From: Harriotta raleighana
Taxonomy: Eukaryota
Length of the DNA stretch: 64,000 nt
Assembly: GCA_050575255.1 (NCBI GenBank)
Contig: JBNZDD010013659.1
Coordinates: forward strand, 1,222,297-1,286,296
Direction of reading: 5' to 3'
The position numbers were made by a program, and so were the translations under genes. Shown one piece after another: positions 51,328 to 64,000 of the stretch. The notes beneath the pieces were generated by a model. It ran no database searches. It was not told the origin of the DNA and saw only the letters and a list, made by a program, of their open reading frames with translations. The stretch's first letter is position 1; every line of letters begins with the position of its first letter.

Positions 51328-51905
51328 AATAATTATCTTTGCATTTGATATAGCGCCTTATCACATCATTGAGCTGTCTCAAAACGCTTCACAGAATACA
51401 TTGTAGCTCAGTGGTTAGCCTTACAAGTGTGAGACCTGTGTTCGAATCCAGGCAGGGTAAAACCTTGGGTAAATTTCCTTAATCCACATACCTAATAATA
51501 ATCCCTCAAAAAACATTGGTAATTTCAATTGGCTGCTGCATTTCACCCACAATACAGTAAATTCACTTTATAGTAAATTCCGTGAAGCGCTATGTTACAT
51601 CTAGAAGATGCAAGGATTATTATTATTATACTGTAAAGTGAATTGACTGTATATTTTATGGATGAAACACAGCCGCAAATTGTGCACAGCGGTGTCCCAC
51701 AAACAATCGAAATTTTGATTTTTTTTCTTTTGAAGGGATTGTTATCCCCGGAAAGCAATCCGCCAATCAGCTAACAATTTCTACTTAGTGCTAGCTAAAC
51801 AGAGGCATGTGGAGTAATGTCACTTACATAAGGTTTCACCTTACCCTAGAATCGAACCTGGGTTCTCTTGCGTGCGATGCAAGTGCTCTAACCAATATGC
51901 TACAT
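51328..51905. mobile_element. Plus-strand SINE (51402-51628) inserted in a minus-strand long-variant SINE
   Basis: Host cagaata...ctgtaaagtgaattgac is split by an opposite-orientation copy. Confidence 0.85.
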
Positions 51906-52366
51906 CCCCAAATCCCTGAGCAGCCCACAACTTCTGTCATGTGGAGACCAATTAAACTGAGATCACCACAGACTCAGTTGTGTCAAGCTACACGACTCAT
52001 GTTAACGAACAGACCCATCTATTTTTGCAGCTCACAAAGTGAAGCTCTGCTGTTTTAAGGACCAGAAACAACAGTTGTAGAAATGGTTCAGTCATTCCAC
52101 TAGGATCTACTCAAGCATGTTTGGATTATGGGAACACATTTTCTCGATTTCTCACTTGGACTAAATGATGCGAGTGCCATATGGAAACGATGGATAGATT
52201 GAACCTTTCAAGACATTCGTACATGACAGGAAGGCATGCCCAAGCTCACAAGAGGAAATGTGAAAAGATAAGTTTGATATGACTACAGTAATTTATTCAT
52301 GAGTCCATGAAGGCATATCGGGTCAGGAAATTCAAGAGAGAATTCAGGGATTTAGAGATTTTTTTA

Positions 52367-52401
<35 letters not shown>

Positions 52402-54640
52402 CAACTCGGACTATCGGGACCTTGGCAGGGTCAGTATTTATTGCATGCGGTAGTGCTCTCCAGTTTGACACTCCTTCACTGATAGTGTTTAATTCAGGTC
52501 AGAAAATAATGATTCAGAATCTCCACAAATCCACTGACTATAAAAAAAAGTGTCCAGCCAACAATCCTCCAGACTCATTTATAATTGACCTCATTGTAAT
52601 TTGTTAGACCAGGCTGGCATAAATGGCCATCAGTTTTTCATTACAATAAAGTTACTCTATTTGCCAGGAATTATTTGTGAAGCTCTTTGGAATGTTTTGA
52701 CATTATAAGGCATTTGGAAATGCAATCTTTTTTCTAATGCCATTGTAAAACTGTTTGTTCTTATCGAAAATTTCTAACACCCTGTTTACGACTTTTAAAC
52801 TTGACAGATTTAATTGTAGATGGCAAACTGAATGCAGCTACAACATGAATTTACAGTATTGCTAATACTGTATATAAATAAAGCACTTCAGCACTTGTGT
52901 GAGGTCATTAGAGATTACAATTTTGACATGATGTGCACGCATATGAGAGACTTTGAAAAGATGCCAGTCTTCTGGCTTCTCTCTCTCCTGTCTACAGAGA
53001 TCAATCTGTTCATAACTCTGTTAAAACACAAGGATAACTTGAGATCGTACCAGCACCACTAATGTGCGGCCTAAACGTCACAAATACTGTAAATCAAGGC
53101 CTCTTTGTTACTGATCCACCATTTCTCCTTTGCATTCTGAGTAAGAAGTTCTATTGCAGGAAGCGGCAAGAAGTCTTTGATCATAAATTCATCTCTTATG
53201 ATCAATTCAGGACCTTTGTGGTTTGACTGAAATCTTTCAATGCAAAAAAACAGCTAGCATGCAGGTTTGATGTAATACATGTAAACAAACATTTATTTCT
53301 AACCTGTTAAATCTTTTCTATTGCGTCCTCCTGGCTTTTTCCAGGCACAACAATTTTTGATGCAAGAGCTTATAAACTCAATTATTCAACTCAGTGCCAA
53401 TAATCTGTCAAGTGTACTGTGACTCTTTTAAGGTGATGATATGCAATTCATTCCTCACCAAGAGGAAGATATTTATGACACCAGTGGCTGTCTGCTTTGT
53501 TATAGTGTTCCTGTGTGTGCAACCCACCAGAAGCCAATGACACACAAGAGTGTCACACAGTTGATCCTTCACACATTCCTAATTACACAACAACAAAATT
53601 ACATTTGCATAGCACCTTTCATATTGGGAGGACATCCCAAGGCGCTGACTTACCTGGCAGAGCTAAAAATGCACATTGTTCCTAATTATTTTCAGATACC
53701 CCATTCACCAGTTTTACCAAGGTCTGAATTGAATATTGCTGGTGGCTGATGGTGTACAATCTAGATAAAATGCCATTATTGATTGTTCAGCTCGTACGCA
53801 ATGGCTAAAGTTACTCTATCCATCAGCTATTTTCAATCTATTCTGAACTTCATTCATTCACTGTACAGTTCCTATTCTGATTTGTTCCTCTTACTAACCT
53901 TGTGTCCTCTGCTCTACTTGGATAGTGTAGCTCCTCTTTTCCTTGTTTCTCAGCCCTTCTTTAGTCACTTTGACTTTTTTACTTGTTCTTTTCCCATGGT
54001 CTCTGTCACCTTCTTTCTCTCCCTCCTTTCCTTCCTGGAGCTGCAGCTTGCTCCATTTGTCACTTTCTTGCCCAATCACTGGCCCCATCAGCGAACAAGC
54101 AGTTTGAATTGGAAACTCTACCTCCAGCTTTCACTCAGATAGCCCATTCTCCTATCATGACAAGCCTCGCCCAAACTCTTCCCACTTCAACCAAAGTAGA
54201 GAAGGCACGCAGCAGCCAATTCCTGGGACTAAAGGTGGAACTGCAAATATGTAGTAAGGAGTATTCAGGCAGCAAGGTATCCGCAGTCCAGGTCTGGGCT
54301 GATGTTTGCCATTTGGGAAAGGAAACTGGATGTTTGTTTTTTTAANTTTTTTTAAATGCAGACATTTTTTCCATGCTAGAAAAGCCCGTTTAGAAAGAAC
54401 TTGGCCTAGGGGCTAGCCACTGACATTATCTGACTTTTTCTCAAACATGCTCAACATTAAACNGTTTTTTTAAAATGCAGACATTTTTTCCATGCTAGAA
54501 AAGCCTGTTTAGAAAGAACTTGGCCTAGGGACTAGCCACTGACATTATCTGACTTTTTCTCAAACATGCTCAACATTAAACACTTCTGAACAACAGATGA
54601 ATTTTCAAACAAAATTAGGAATAGCTCTTATCTTTTAGCC

Positions 54641-54936
54641 CAGTGTACTACAACCTTTTGAGAAATATATACTTTTACATTTCCATAAATCCAAAGATTT
54701 ACATAAGATTCTTGTGTGTGTGTGTGAGCGCGCATGTATGTGTGTGTCCACGCATGTATGTGTGTGTCCATACGCGCACCCTCCCATACTAGCTTGCAAT
54801 TGGCCTACATTCCCATAATGTCTTGAGCAGGGAAGTGACTTTGTGCACATATACCAACCTCTCTCAACATTAGTGTGGGAAAACTTGCAAGATCAACTTT
54901 CAAAGGTTCGGTGATCCACGGGTTAGAGACCTGTGC
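54641..54936. mobile_element. Possible hAT/Charlie-type MITE relic with TG-rich interior
   Basis: Ends cagtgtactacaacc / gggttagagacctgtg; flanks ttttagcc / ctttaaac resemble a decayed 8-bp TSD. Confidence 0.33.
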
Positions 54937-55572
54937 TTTAAACTATTCCATCTATTACCAAATCACCACCGATAAAGAACACCTAGAAACTGCTGGGACA
55001 CTACATGAAAAGTCATGCAAATAAAGATGACAGCTTTCATTGTCTGATTTGACAGCTTTCCAGAAGTATTTTGGAGTCTAACGTTTCACTCCTTTAGTTT
55101 TACCTTCAGAATTTTCAACATGGGGAGGTTGTGTTCAGCCATTACCTTCTGACTAGTATGATAAAGTCATATATTGTTCTCCAACTTGGAAAACAGGGCT
55201 ATTCACCCAGTCATGTTAGTATTCAACTTCGAGGGAAAGACAATCCATCTGTGAACAGCAGCCTTTAACCAGGCGGACCGAATCCACTGGCTTCTCTCAA
55301 TTAAGATAATTCAGTTAGTGAGACAGGGCTTATGAAGCACTGGACACTGTATTTCAATTGCTTTCACTTGTAACCTGAATATTAAAAATATGATGTACAT
55401 TACTCTAACCTTCAGAGTGAAGGACAGAAGCTGTTTATAGAGGCACGCAGTTTTCAATTAGGAGGATAAAGATGTTCATCTCCATGTATTTTACTTCAGC
55501 TATTAGAACAGAGCTCCTTCAACTGTACATTACCTTTCAGTTGTAAATGCATGACACCTTGTTGCAATATGA

Positions 55573-55834
55573 AAATAATAATTCTTGCATTTCATATAGT
55601 CCTTTTCACGTCTTCTAAACGTCTCATTACAGAATATACTGTAAAGTGAATTGACTGTATTTGTGTGCAAAATACAGCAGCCAATTATGCACAGCAGTAT
55701 CCCACAAACAGTTATGGATTGAAATGACCAATTTGTTATTTTTTTTAGGGATAATTATCAGGTGTGTGGAGTAAGGAAACTTGCCCAAGGTTTCACCTTG
55801 ACAGGGATCGAACCCAGGTCTCTCGCTTGTAAGA
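55573..55834 (-). mobile_element. tRNA-derived Deu-like SINE
   Basis: Matches family; head partly truncated. Confidence 0.9.
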
Positions 55835-56611
55835 CGGAAGAATATGGGCCCCGTGTCTGTACATAAATCCTTTAGTTGGATTACCTTCCAGCTCTGTTAT
55901 CTTTTTTGTCAAAGGACAGGGGCACTATGCCTGTCCATTATTCTTCACTGAAGACACTAAAATAATCCAGGCTGCTACCAATAATGCCTCTTTGTTAATT
56001 AACTTTAGCTAGGAAATCTTAAGGAAGTCTAAGATGAGAAAATTTAATTCAACCCACCAAAGCACATCCCTCCAGTACAGTGGCAACTAATTTGACTTTG
56101 AATAACCATTTTTGGTCNTTATTCTCTCACAGTGGCAACTAATTTGACTTTGAATAACCATTTTTGGTCTATTACCTGTATTGTTAGATTACTCCAAACA
56201 TTTTTGGGGGGAATAAAACAAAATGATAATCCTTGCATTTGATACAGCATCTGATCATGTCATGAAAACATCTACAGCTTTCACAAGACTCATTGAGAAG
56301 TGTGGTGCCTTTGCAGGTGACCAAGGCAGCCAATTTGCACACTGGAATATCCCCAAAACAGCTATAAATTGAATGACCATCTTTATTTGTGGAGTTATTG
56401 GCTTTTCGAATAGTGCCATGAGATCTTCAATGTTCACTAGGGATCTTGTTTCAATGAAGAACTGCGCCTCCAACAACACAACTCTCTCTCAGAACTGTAC
56501 AGTCTAAATTATAGTAATAATAATCCTTGCATTTGATATAGCACCTTATCAAGACTTCAAGATGTCTCAAAGAGCATCACAGAATGTACTGTAAAATTAA
56601 AAGCGTAAACT

Positions 56612-57216
56612 CAAATCACTGGGAACAACCAGCCGGTCAGGCAACATCTATGGAGAAAGGAAAAGTGAGTCAACATTTCGGGTCTATGACCCTTCGTCAG
56701 AACTGGGGAATGTTAGGAGGGAGAGGCTTTTAAGGATTAACACAAAAGGCGAGGCAGGGCAAGGAAGACAAAGGAGAAAATGGGGTAGAGGTCAGGAGGT
56801 GATGGGTTAAAGAGGTGTTATTGTTGTGAAACAAAAGGGGGAATTTCAACAAAACTGAAGAGGTGTTAATAACATTAAAACAAAGAGGGGGTGAAATTGC
56901 CAAAGAACAGGCAGATCAGATGGTCGCAGAGAGGGAGAACGTGAGCTGTTATGGTATGAAATTATTGAAATCAATATCAAGGCCAAAGGATTGTAAGGTC
57001 CAAAGCAGGAATAAAATGCTGTTCTTCGAGCTTGCATTGCGGTTCATTGGAACAGCGTAGGAGACTGTGGATGGAGAGGTCACACTACAAGTGGGAAGGA
57101 GAGTTGAAAAAGCATGAAACTGGTATGTCAGGGTTGTATTTGTGGACAGAACGGAGGTATTTGGTAAATCGGTCACCCAATCTGCGTTTGGTCTCCCCAA
57201 TGTAGAGGAGACCACA
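56612..57216 (-). mobile_element. Penelope-like retroelement 3' relic with GIY-YIG endonuclease (pseudogenised)
   Basis: 57216 downward reads CGLLYIGETKRRLGDRFTKYLRSVHKYNPDIPVSCFFNSPSHL*CDLSI...KLEEQHFI, frameshift, TLQSFGLDIDFNNF; terminal ctgacgaagggtcatagacccgaaatgttgact motif. Confidence 0.88.
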
Positions 57217-57689
57217 TTATTTTGAAGATTTCCTTTCAGTTGTGCTGGAATAAACACAATAAATTACCGTATATCCATGACTTTATAAAGTTAACAATTC
57301 CTGTACGTTTTTTGTTCTTTTATCTTGAGCTAAAGTACCATATTTAAGACTGCATTTGTAATTCATGAACTGATGAATGCACATTTTGAAAGTCTTTTTC
57401 CACCCGTGACAGAAACTGGAAATGAAGCAGTGGCTGCAACACAATTGTGCAGTGGGTGTTTCTGTCAGCAGCGCATCAAATCATGCCACTGCTCCCAACA
57501 ACAGAAAATGAATAGTCCTTGTTTACAATTTGTGATAAGTGAAGCGGTTACCACAATGAGTGACAACACTCTTACCGTTCTGAACACTGTATAACATAAG
57601 TATAAAATATTAAGGTCCAATGAATCACTTACTATTACAAAGAAAGTTGAAGAATTCAGATATTGCTGGGTAAAATAATCCTTCCAAAA

Positions 57690-57895
57690 AAAACAATATT
57701 CCCGCAAATAAAAACAATAATAAATTGGTCATTTCGATCCATGACTGTTTGTGGGACGCTGCTGTGTGCAATTGGCTGCCGCATTCCGCCCACAAATATA
57801 CAGTCAATTCACTTTACAGTATATTTTGTGAAGCGCTTTGGGACGTCAATAAGATGTGAAAAGCGCTATATCAAATGCAAAGATTCTTATTATTA
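57690..57895 (+). mobile_element. tRNA-derived Deu-like SINE, 3' half
   Basis: gtgggacgctgctgtgtgcaattggctgccgc...aagcgctatatcaaatgcaa. Confidence 0.92.
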
Positions 57896-60800
57896 CACCA
57901 GTTAAATACATTGTTTAAACATAATACTCCATGCGGTTTTCAATCAGTTGATATTAAGTGTGGGTGATAAATTCTTCCTGACAGATGAAGTGAGGGTAGA
58001 GCAAATATTTTGTGGTCCTTTGTAAAATACATACTATATAATATTCTTTTAAACATTGAATGATACGATTAAACCGTTACCAAACATACAGCTCATTAAC
58101 ACTTTTAACCTGGTTCGGATTGGATTGGAGGCACAAGTTGACTCAAACATGAGCAACAGTTCAATGTTCTATGTTCCTAAATAATTTTTCACCTGGGAAA
58201 TGTGAGTTGAATCTTGGCAAAGTACTACAAGACCTCTATAGGGCTTTTGCTCATATAAACAGGAATGTTTCCAACCAATAGCTTCAAGAAATATTTGCTC
58301 TTCATATTATCCCTCTGTTATATCTGTAGTTATCTTGGTTTGATAGCTGAATTAATTCTGGTGATATTACTAGATTTTTATTATGAGTTGTGGAATTATA
58401 GTAATGCAAGGTATTGTGTTACTGTACAATACTGTTTCAATCTGCCCATAACTGTGGATGACTTCCTCTGGATCATTAGGAAAGATCTAGTATCCAGTGA
58501 TAGCAAGGATCAAACAAAAGCTGCCGTTAATTTTTCACAATTTACCATGAGCGAGATGACAAACGGGCTCATAGACTTATAATCTGCCTTTTACTCCACT
58601 ATCAAGGCTCTCCATCGCTGATGCATTCCATTCATAACACAGCTATACTCTGGCTCATTCTTTGATCCTATTTGTCAATGTCTTCTGACATGGCTTTAGA
58701 CTTCTGAATACATCCCCTGCACTTTAACTTTTCTCGTCATGATGCAATACTGGAATCTTCAACCACAGACAAGTCTTCTATTAGACAATTGTTCTAGTCA
58801 GGGGAAATTTGTGACCATCAATTATCGTGATTTAACGTCTGATCACAGTGTAATTGTATTTTTCTCTGTAACCCCTTTGACATTTGGTAGAAGACAGGCT
58901 AGAGCTTGTATTCCCATCATCCCCGCCTCCCCTTTGCCACCCAAAGCAAAGCACAAGGGTCACTCCCCAGGTGTTAACATCTGTCACTGTCATGTTGTTG
59001 CCTTTGAAGTACAATAACTGTCTGCATCCTGTTTGTGTTAAGACATGTTTAGTTTCACCTGCTCAAGAGTAGAAGAGCCTTTCTCGACTTCATCTCTCTC
59101 TTGATTACCCGTTTGACAAGGAACAATTATGTATCAGATTATCTACTAATCATGCCTCTCCATGTGAAAAACAAGTTAGCGGCTCAAAAATGAATGAAAT
59201 TGACAAATGTTTGTTTTGTTGTGTGTGAGGAAGCTTTGTTGAGATTTCAAAAACAATGATATTCATCAGCTTGTATGAACTGATTGCTACCTCTCAGGCT
59301 TCCTGCACAACCACACTTGTACTCTTGAAGCAAAGCAACATCCTTCACTAGCATAAATTCAACATTACAATAGCAGTTTACATTTATGTAGCGACTTTCA
59401 CACCGAGGGATGTCTCACGGCGCTTCATAGAGCTGAACGTGAACCTGATTGGGGGGTTTGGGGAGCGGGGTGGTCAAAAAGTTAGGTTGAAAAGTGTTTT
59501 TTGAAGTTGGGGAGGGAGGGGGATGAGGCAGAGAGACTTGGGATGCTTGTCACGCCTTTGAAGCATTTCAAAGAGCTTCGCAGGATTTGCTGTAAAGAGT
59601 AATAACTGTGTTATTTGTAGGCAAGTGCCTGAATGACTGCTGAACTGGTTCACCAAATTCTAGTTTCAGAATCTAAGTTTGGTTCTACTTTCAATTCTAA
59701 TCCTGAATCAGCTCCAAACCCACAGATGCAGATTTGTAAATTTGCATCCATTAAAATATTGGTGACAGTTTCAAGGAAAACAGAATAGAGGTTACCGCTC
59801 AAATTGACCTAGTCTACCAATTCTCCAAAGATTATACTGCATATGTGAATTATGGCTATCACACAACCATTCTTAGCTCCAAAGAGTAACTCAAGCAAGG
59901 ATCTAACAGAAATTAGTTCATTCGCATTCTTTCACCTACAAAGTTGCACAACATTTGTTTTGAGAATCAATCAGAAAATGTTGGTGTACTACTTTCTTTC
60001 CCAATGCACAGATGTTCAGTGAACAATACAAAGGAACCTAAATAGTTGAGCAAATAAAAGTTAACACGATCTTCAAAAACTGTGCTGTAGAGTACAGCAG
60101 AGCTGATCCTCATTAAAACTATTTGGAATGGAAAACACCATTATCAGGACCAAACAAAACAGATGGTCTTTTGGAAGATCACAGTCAGCACATTCATTCT
60201 GCAGACTTTGTTCCCAATTATTATTTGGAAATCAACCAAAATGTTCATGTTTCATTCTTGAAGATCAGTCGCAGGTAATTAGTGGCTGAAAACTAATACC
60301 GACAGAAAGTACTCTGGAAAACCTGCAAATACCTCTGTGCAGAGGATCAGCCCAATGGTGATGAAAGATCCTGCTCTTTGAAACACAAAGTCTTTGAAAC
60401 ATGGGAGTCCTTTCAATTATTCAAAAATGGAATCAGTGGAATGTGCTCTCAGTGCTCCAGCCACCACACACATCTTAATATTGCTTTCAATCACATTGCA
60501 TTCAATTATAAAATTACAACACAAATTGCATTTATATAGTACCTTTCATGTTGGGAGAGCATCCAGAGACATTGGAGAGTGAAGGATTTGCACCAGAGCT
60601 GGGTTTGGAGTCAAGAAAGGTGGAGGGCACTGGGTTGAGGGTGGGAGAATAACCAAAGGCATGTCAAGGTCATAAGATAGACCAAAAAGGAGGAAAGGGA
60701 TAGGCAAAACAGAAGGGTTGTGGGATGGATCTCTAAAGGATGGGTTGGGAAGGCTGAAGGCCAATGGTTGAGTAGGCAGGTTGATAAAATGTCTAGTGAA

Positions 60801-61204
60801 ACACTAGTTGCCAGAATGAACATTAGTTGCCAGGATTTAAATAGTGTATTTAATATTTATTCCCATGTTGGTTTNTCAGGCAAAACAGAAGGGTTGTGGG
60901 ATGGAGTTCTAAAGGATGGGTTGGGAAGGCTGAAGGCCAATGGTTGAGTAGGCAGGTTGATAAAATGTCTAGTGAAACACCGAATGAACATTAGTTGCCA
61001 GGATTTAAATAGTGTATTTAATATTTATTCCCATGTTGGTTTAATATCAAAGCTATGTATGATAGCAAAGCCTCATTACATAATCAGCTCTGGATCCTGT
61101 TATTAATAATAATAACAATCCCCTTGCAATTGATATAGCACCTTTCACATCTTCTAGACATCTCAANGGCAAAGCCTCATTACATAATCAGCTCTGCATC
61201 CTGT

Positions 61205-61507
61205 TATTAATAATAATAATAATCCCCTTGCAATTGATATAGCACCTTTCACATCTTCTAGACATCTCAAAGCACTTCACAGAATATACTGTAAAGTGAA
61301 TTGGCTGTATATTTGTGGGTGAAACACGGCAGCCAACTGCGCTCAGCAGTGTCCCACAAACAGTCGTGGATTGAGTGACTACATTTTTTTTTTTTTGAGG
61401 GATTATTATCAGGCGTGTGGAATATGGAAACTTGCCCAGGATTTCACTCTGCCTGGAATCCAACCCAGGTCTCTCGCTTGCATGGCAAGTGCTCTAACCA
61501 CTGAGCT
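61205..61507 (-). mobile_element. tRNA-derived Deu-like SINE, full length (tail duplicated at n 61167)
   Basis: Matches family. Confidence 0.92.
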
Positions 61508-63556
61508 CTAACCACAGAACTACACAGCTTTGATGTTTAAAATGAAAAAAACATTAACATCATAAGAGACACTTTTTAATAGGAGTCAAATATATATTTA
61601 GTCTCTTCTACATTACTGAAGGAATACTGAAGAGAAGTCACTGTTGGCTGCTACTGTACACTTGACAGGTGCAGAGTTCTGGTGGCAGAACTGTGAGCAG
61701 GTCATCTGCCCAGCCTTTATTCAATTGTGTTATGAGGAATTTTAAAGAGGGTGAAAGGAATTTTAAAGTAAGAGATGAAAATGTAAAAAGGGATCATGAA
61801 TTAATGGTAAAGAGGTTAACCCCTAATGAAATACTGGTGATATCTGCTTCCTATACAATATTGGAAGAGTTCAGTAATCTGGTTTGGATATTCTTAAGCA
61901 TGGTGATGGGTTTCCAGTGTGTACAGCCAAAAGAGATTTTATATACTCGTTTTCTGATTACTAAACTATTTACTGAAAGATTGCAAAGCTCTGCTGTGCA
62001 GCACTTTATCATACTTTGCACAAAGTTCTCTCTACCCTCAAAACTGTCTACACCAGTGTTATTCAGTGATGTGGGTTGTAATGTCTGGGACAAAATTAAA
62101 TATTCAATATTTCCGAAACCTTAGCATCAAGATTTTGTTTATCATATAATTACATCTTACAATATAATAAATAAGTTACATGTAAAATATTGCAACATTG
62201 GGAGACAGAGGACGATAACAACTTCAATAGTATCCTAAAGGGTTACTGAGGCTTGGAAACTCAATAAGTTTACAGTACGTTAACAAACATCAAGCAGCAC
62301 CATAAAGTCATGCAGGTGTGTCTCTTCTCGTGATATAGTGTGTGAGTGCATTTTCAAGCTTTATATTCATCAGTCGTACAGGTATAATGAAAAATACCTT
62401 AGCTCATCTGAAACTGGATTTAACATGTAAATGCAAGTCAGACATTTTACTATAATATTCACCACACACACTTTCATTGCCATCAGAAACACAATTTCAG
62501 TGAAAGCTCAGTAATACGGTCACCAAACCGACTGTGGAATTTTTAACATATTAGCGGGCTGCACATTAACAAGCCTGTATTACTGTACTACTGTATAAAG
62601 TACTGCAAAAATAAAACTGACCACATTAGCAAGTTGACCACAATCAATGACATTGAGGCAGATTGTTAAAATGGTTCAAAGATTATCTCAAATCAATATT
62701 TTGGTCAAAGATGACTTAAAATCTATGCTATTCATAGATGAAAAAAGAAATGTTAATCTTACAAACAAGTGTAAGAAATATATTGAAAATTGTGCAAAAA
62801 ATATTCATGGTACTGTAATTCAATATGAAGGGCAGCCACTAACTCATTGTGAGCTTTATTAATCAGGGTTCTTACCCAGGGATGGAAATGATAACAGCCC
62901 ACATCCTGTTTTTGAATGAGTTGGGAAGGTAGTAAATTCAGGAAATATCAATAAAAGGGCAATAAACCTGAGGGATCAACTGACAGTGTTGTGAAATTCA
63001 ATTTCTATCATTGACGAAAGCTCTGCCTAATGCAGTATTTATATAACTGGCAGAAAGGACTGCTCATTTAAGATTATTAATTAAACTCTTACAATTGGTA
63101 AAGACTTGTGATTTTGTCATTCACATGTCTGCCATCAGTGCACTGACACAAACAACTTTCCACCCAATTTTGCTCGGTAACAAAATTGCTCATGGATAGT
63201 GCCTTGGAGCGCATTCCTGACATGAAAGGCTCTATCTAAATGCAACTTGTTGTTGTTCGTGCTGTGCATCTGTACAATAGTATATTGCTCTGCTTGTGCA
63301 AGACCTCACCAGTATAAAAAACAGCTGCTAGTGACATTCATAGTCAAGAGCAAATTAGGGGTACCCCGACAAATAATTTAAATTCCAGCCTTGTGTATAG
63401 GTGATGTGGTGAATGTGAACTGCTGATCTNACAGCTGCTAGTGACATTCATAGTCAAGAGCAAATTAGGGGTACCCCGACAAATAATTAAAATTCCAGCC
63501 TTGTGTATAGGTGATGTGGTGAATGTGAACTGCTGATCTTGCTTGATATAAGGCGA

Positions 63557-63793
63557 TACTTTGGGCAAGTTTCCATACTCTGCTTGCCTAATAATAATCC
63601 CTCAAGAAAAAGATTAATAATAATTTGGTTACTCAATCCATGCCTATTTGTGGGACACTGATGTGTGCAATTAGCTGTCAAGTTTCACCCACAAATATAC
63701 CGTTAATTCACTTCACAATATATTCCTTGAAGTGTTTTTGTGCCGTCTCGAGGACGTGAAATGCGCTATGTCAAATGGATGGGTTATTATTAT
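63557..63793 (+). mobile_element. tRNA-derived Deu-like SINE lacking head
   Basis: ctttgggcaagtttcc...gtgggacactgatgtgtgcaattagctg...ttattatt. Confidence 0.85.
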
Positions 63794-64000
63794 AATTAGA
63801 ACTAAATTGAATCGAGTTTGACAATATCACTCCTAAGGACTTCCATTTAAGTTCAACACCGAAAACAACATTGTGTACTTCAAGGTAATTCTATTCCTCA
63901 GAGTATTATATAAAGATCTGGTGAATAAATTAAAGTGAAAGGGTCTTGTATTAGTAAGATAACAGTGGCGGTGGAGGAGGGCTTGACTTAAATTAAATTT

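Larger units (their letters stand above)
54347..63539. other. Further single-n joins, mostly with overlap duplications (n at 54346, 54463, 56118, 60875, 61167, 63430)
   Basis: About 40-170 bp repeated either side of the n, with small differences. Confidence 0.85.

Noticed and set aside
53648-53662. U1 snRNA 5' end match (acttacctggcag) or 9-nt minus-strand microexon
   Set aside because: Only 13 nt match with no U1 body; it sits at an L2-tail junction and the acceptor tract is poor
61669-62124. 151-aa plus-strand ORF
   Set aside because: GTG start, no domain, AT-rich, and overlaps an old repeat shared with about 51225-51275

Overview
Eukaryotic, AT-rich vertebrate DNA that is almost entirely non-coding (intronic or intergenic). 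The repeat complement points to a cartilaginous fish, probably a chimaera/elephant-shark relative (inference from remembered repeat consensi, not a search). It includes CR1/HER1-type and L2 LINE relics, tRNA-derived DeuSINE-like SINEs, a GIY-YIG Penelope relic and Tigger-type MITEs. No intact gene, RNA gene or CRISPR array is supported. At most one or two unidentified internal coding exons lie on the minus strand (best: 31715-31861). The draft assembly has three N-gaps and many haplotype-overlap duplications around single 'n' characters. I found no convincing new biological system. The most interesting items are a modular cargo-carrying MITE family, a SINE with both CORE-like and Deu-like segments in two length variants, a 120-bp near-perfect palindrome beside a 62-bp templated duplication, and TE-free motif-rich enhancer candidates. 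Boundaries of degenerate repeats are approximate.
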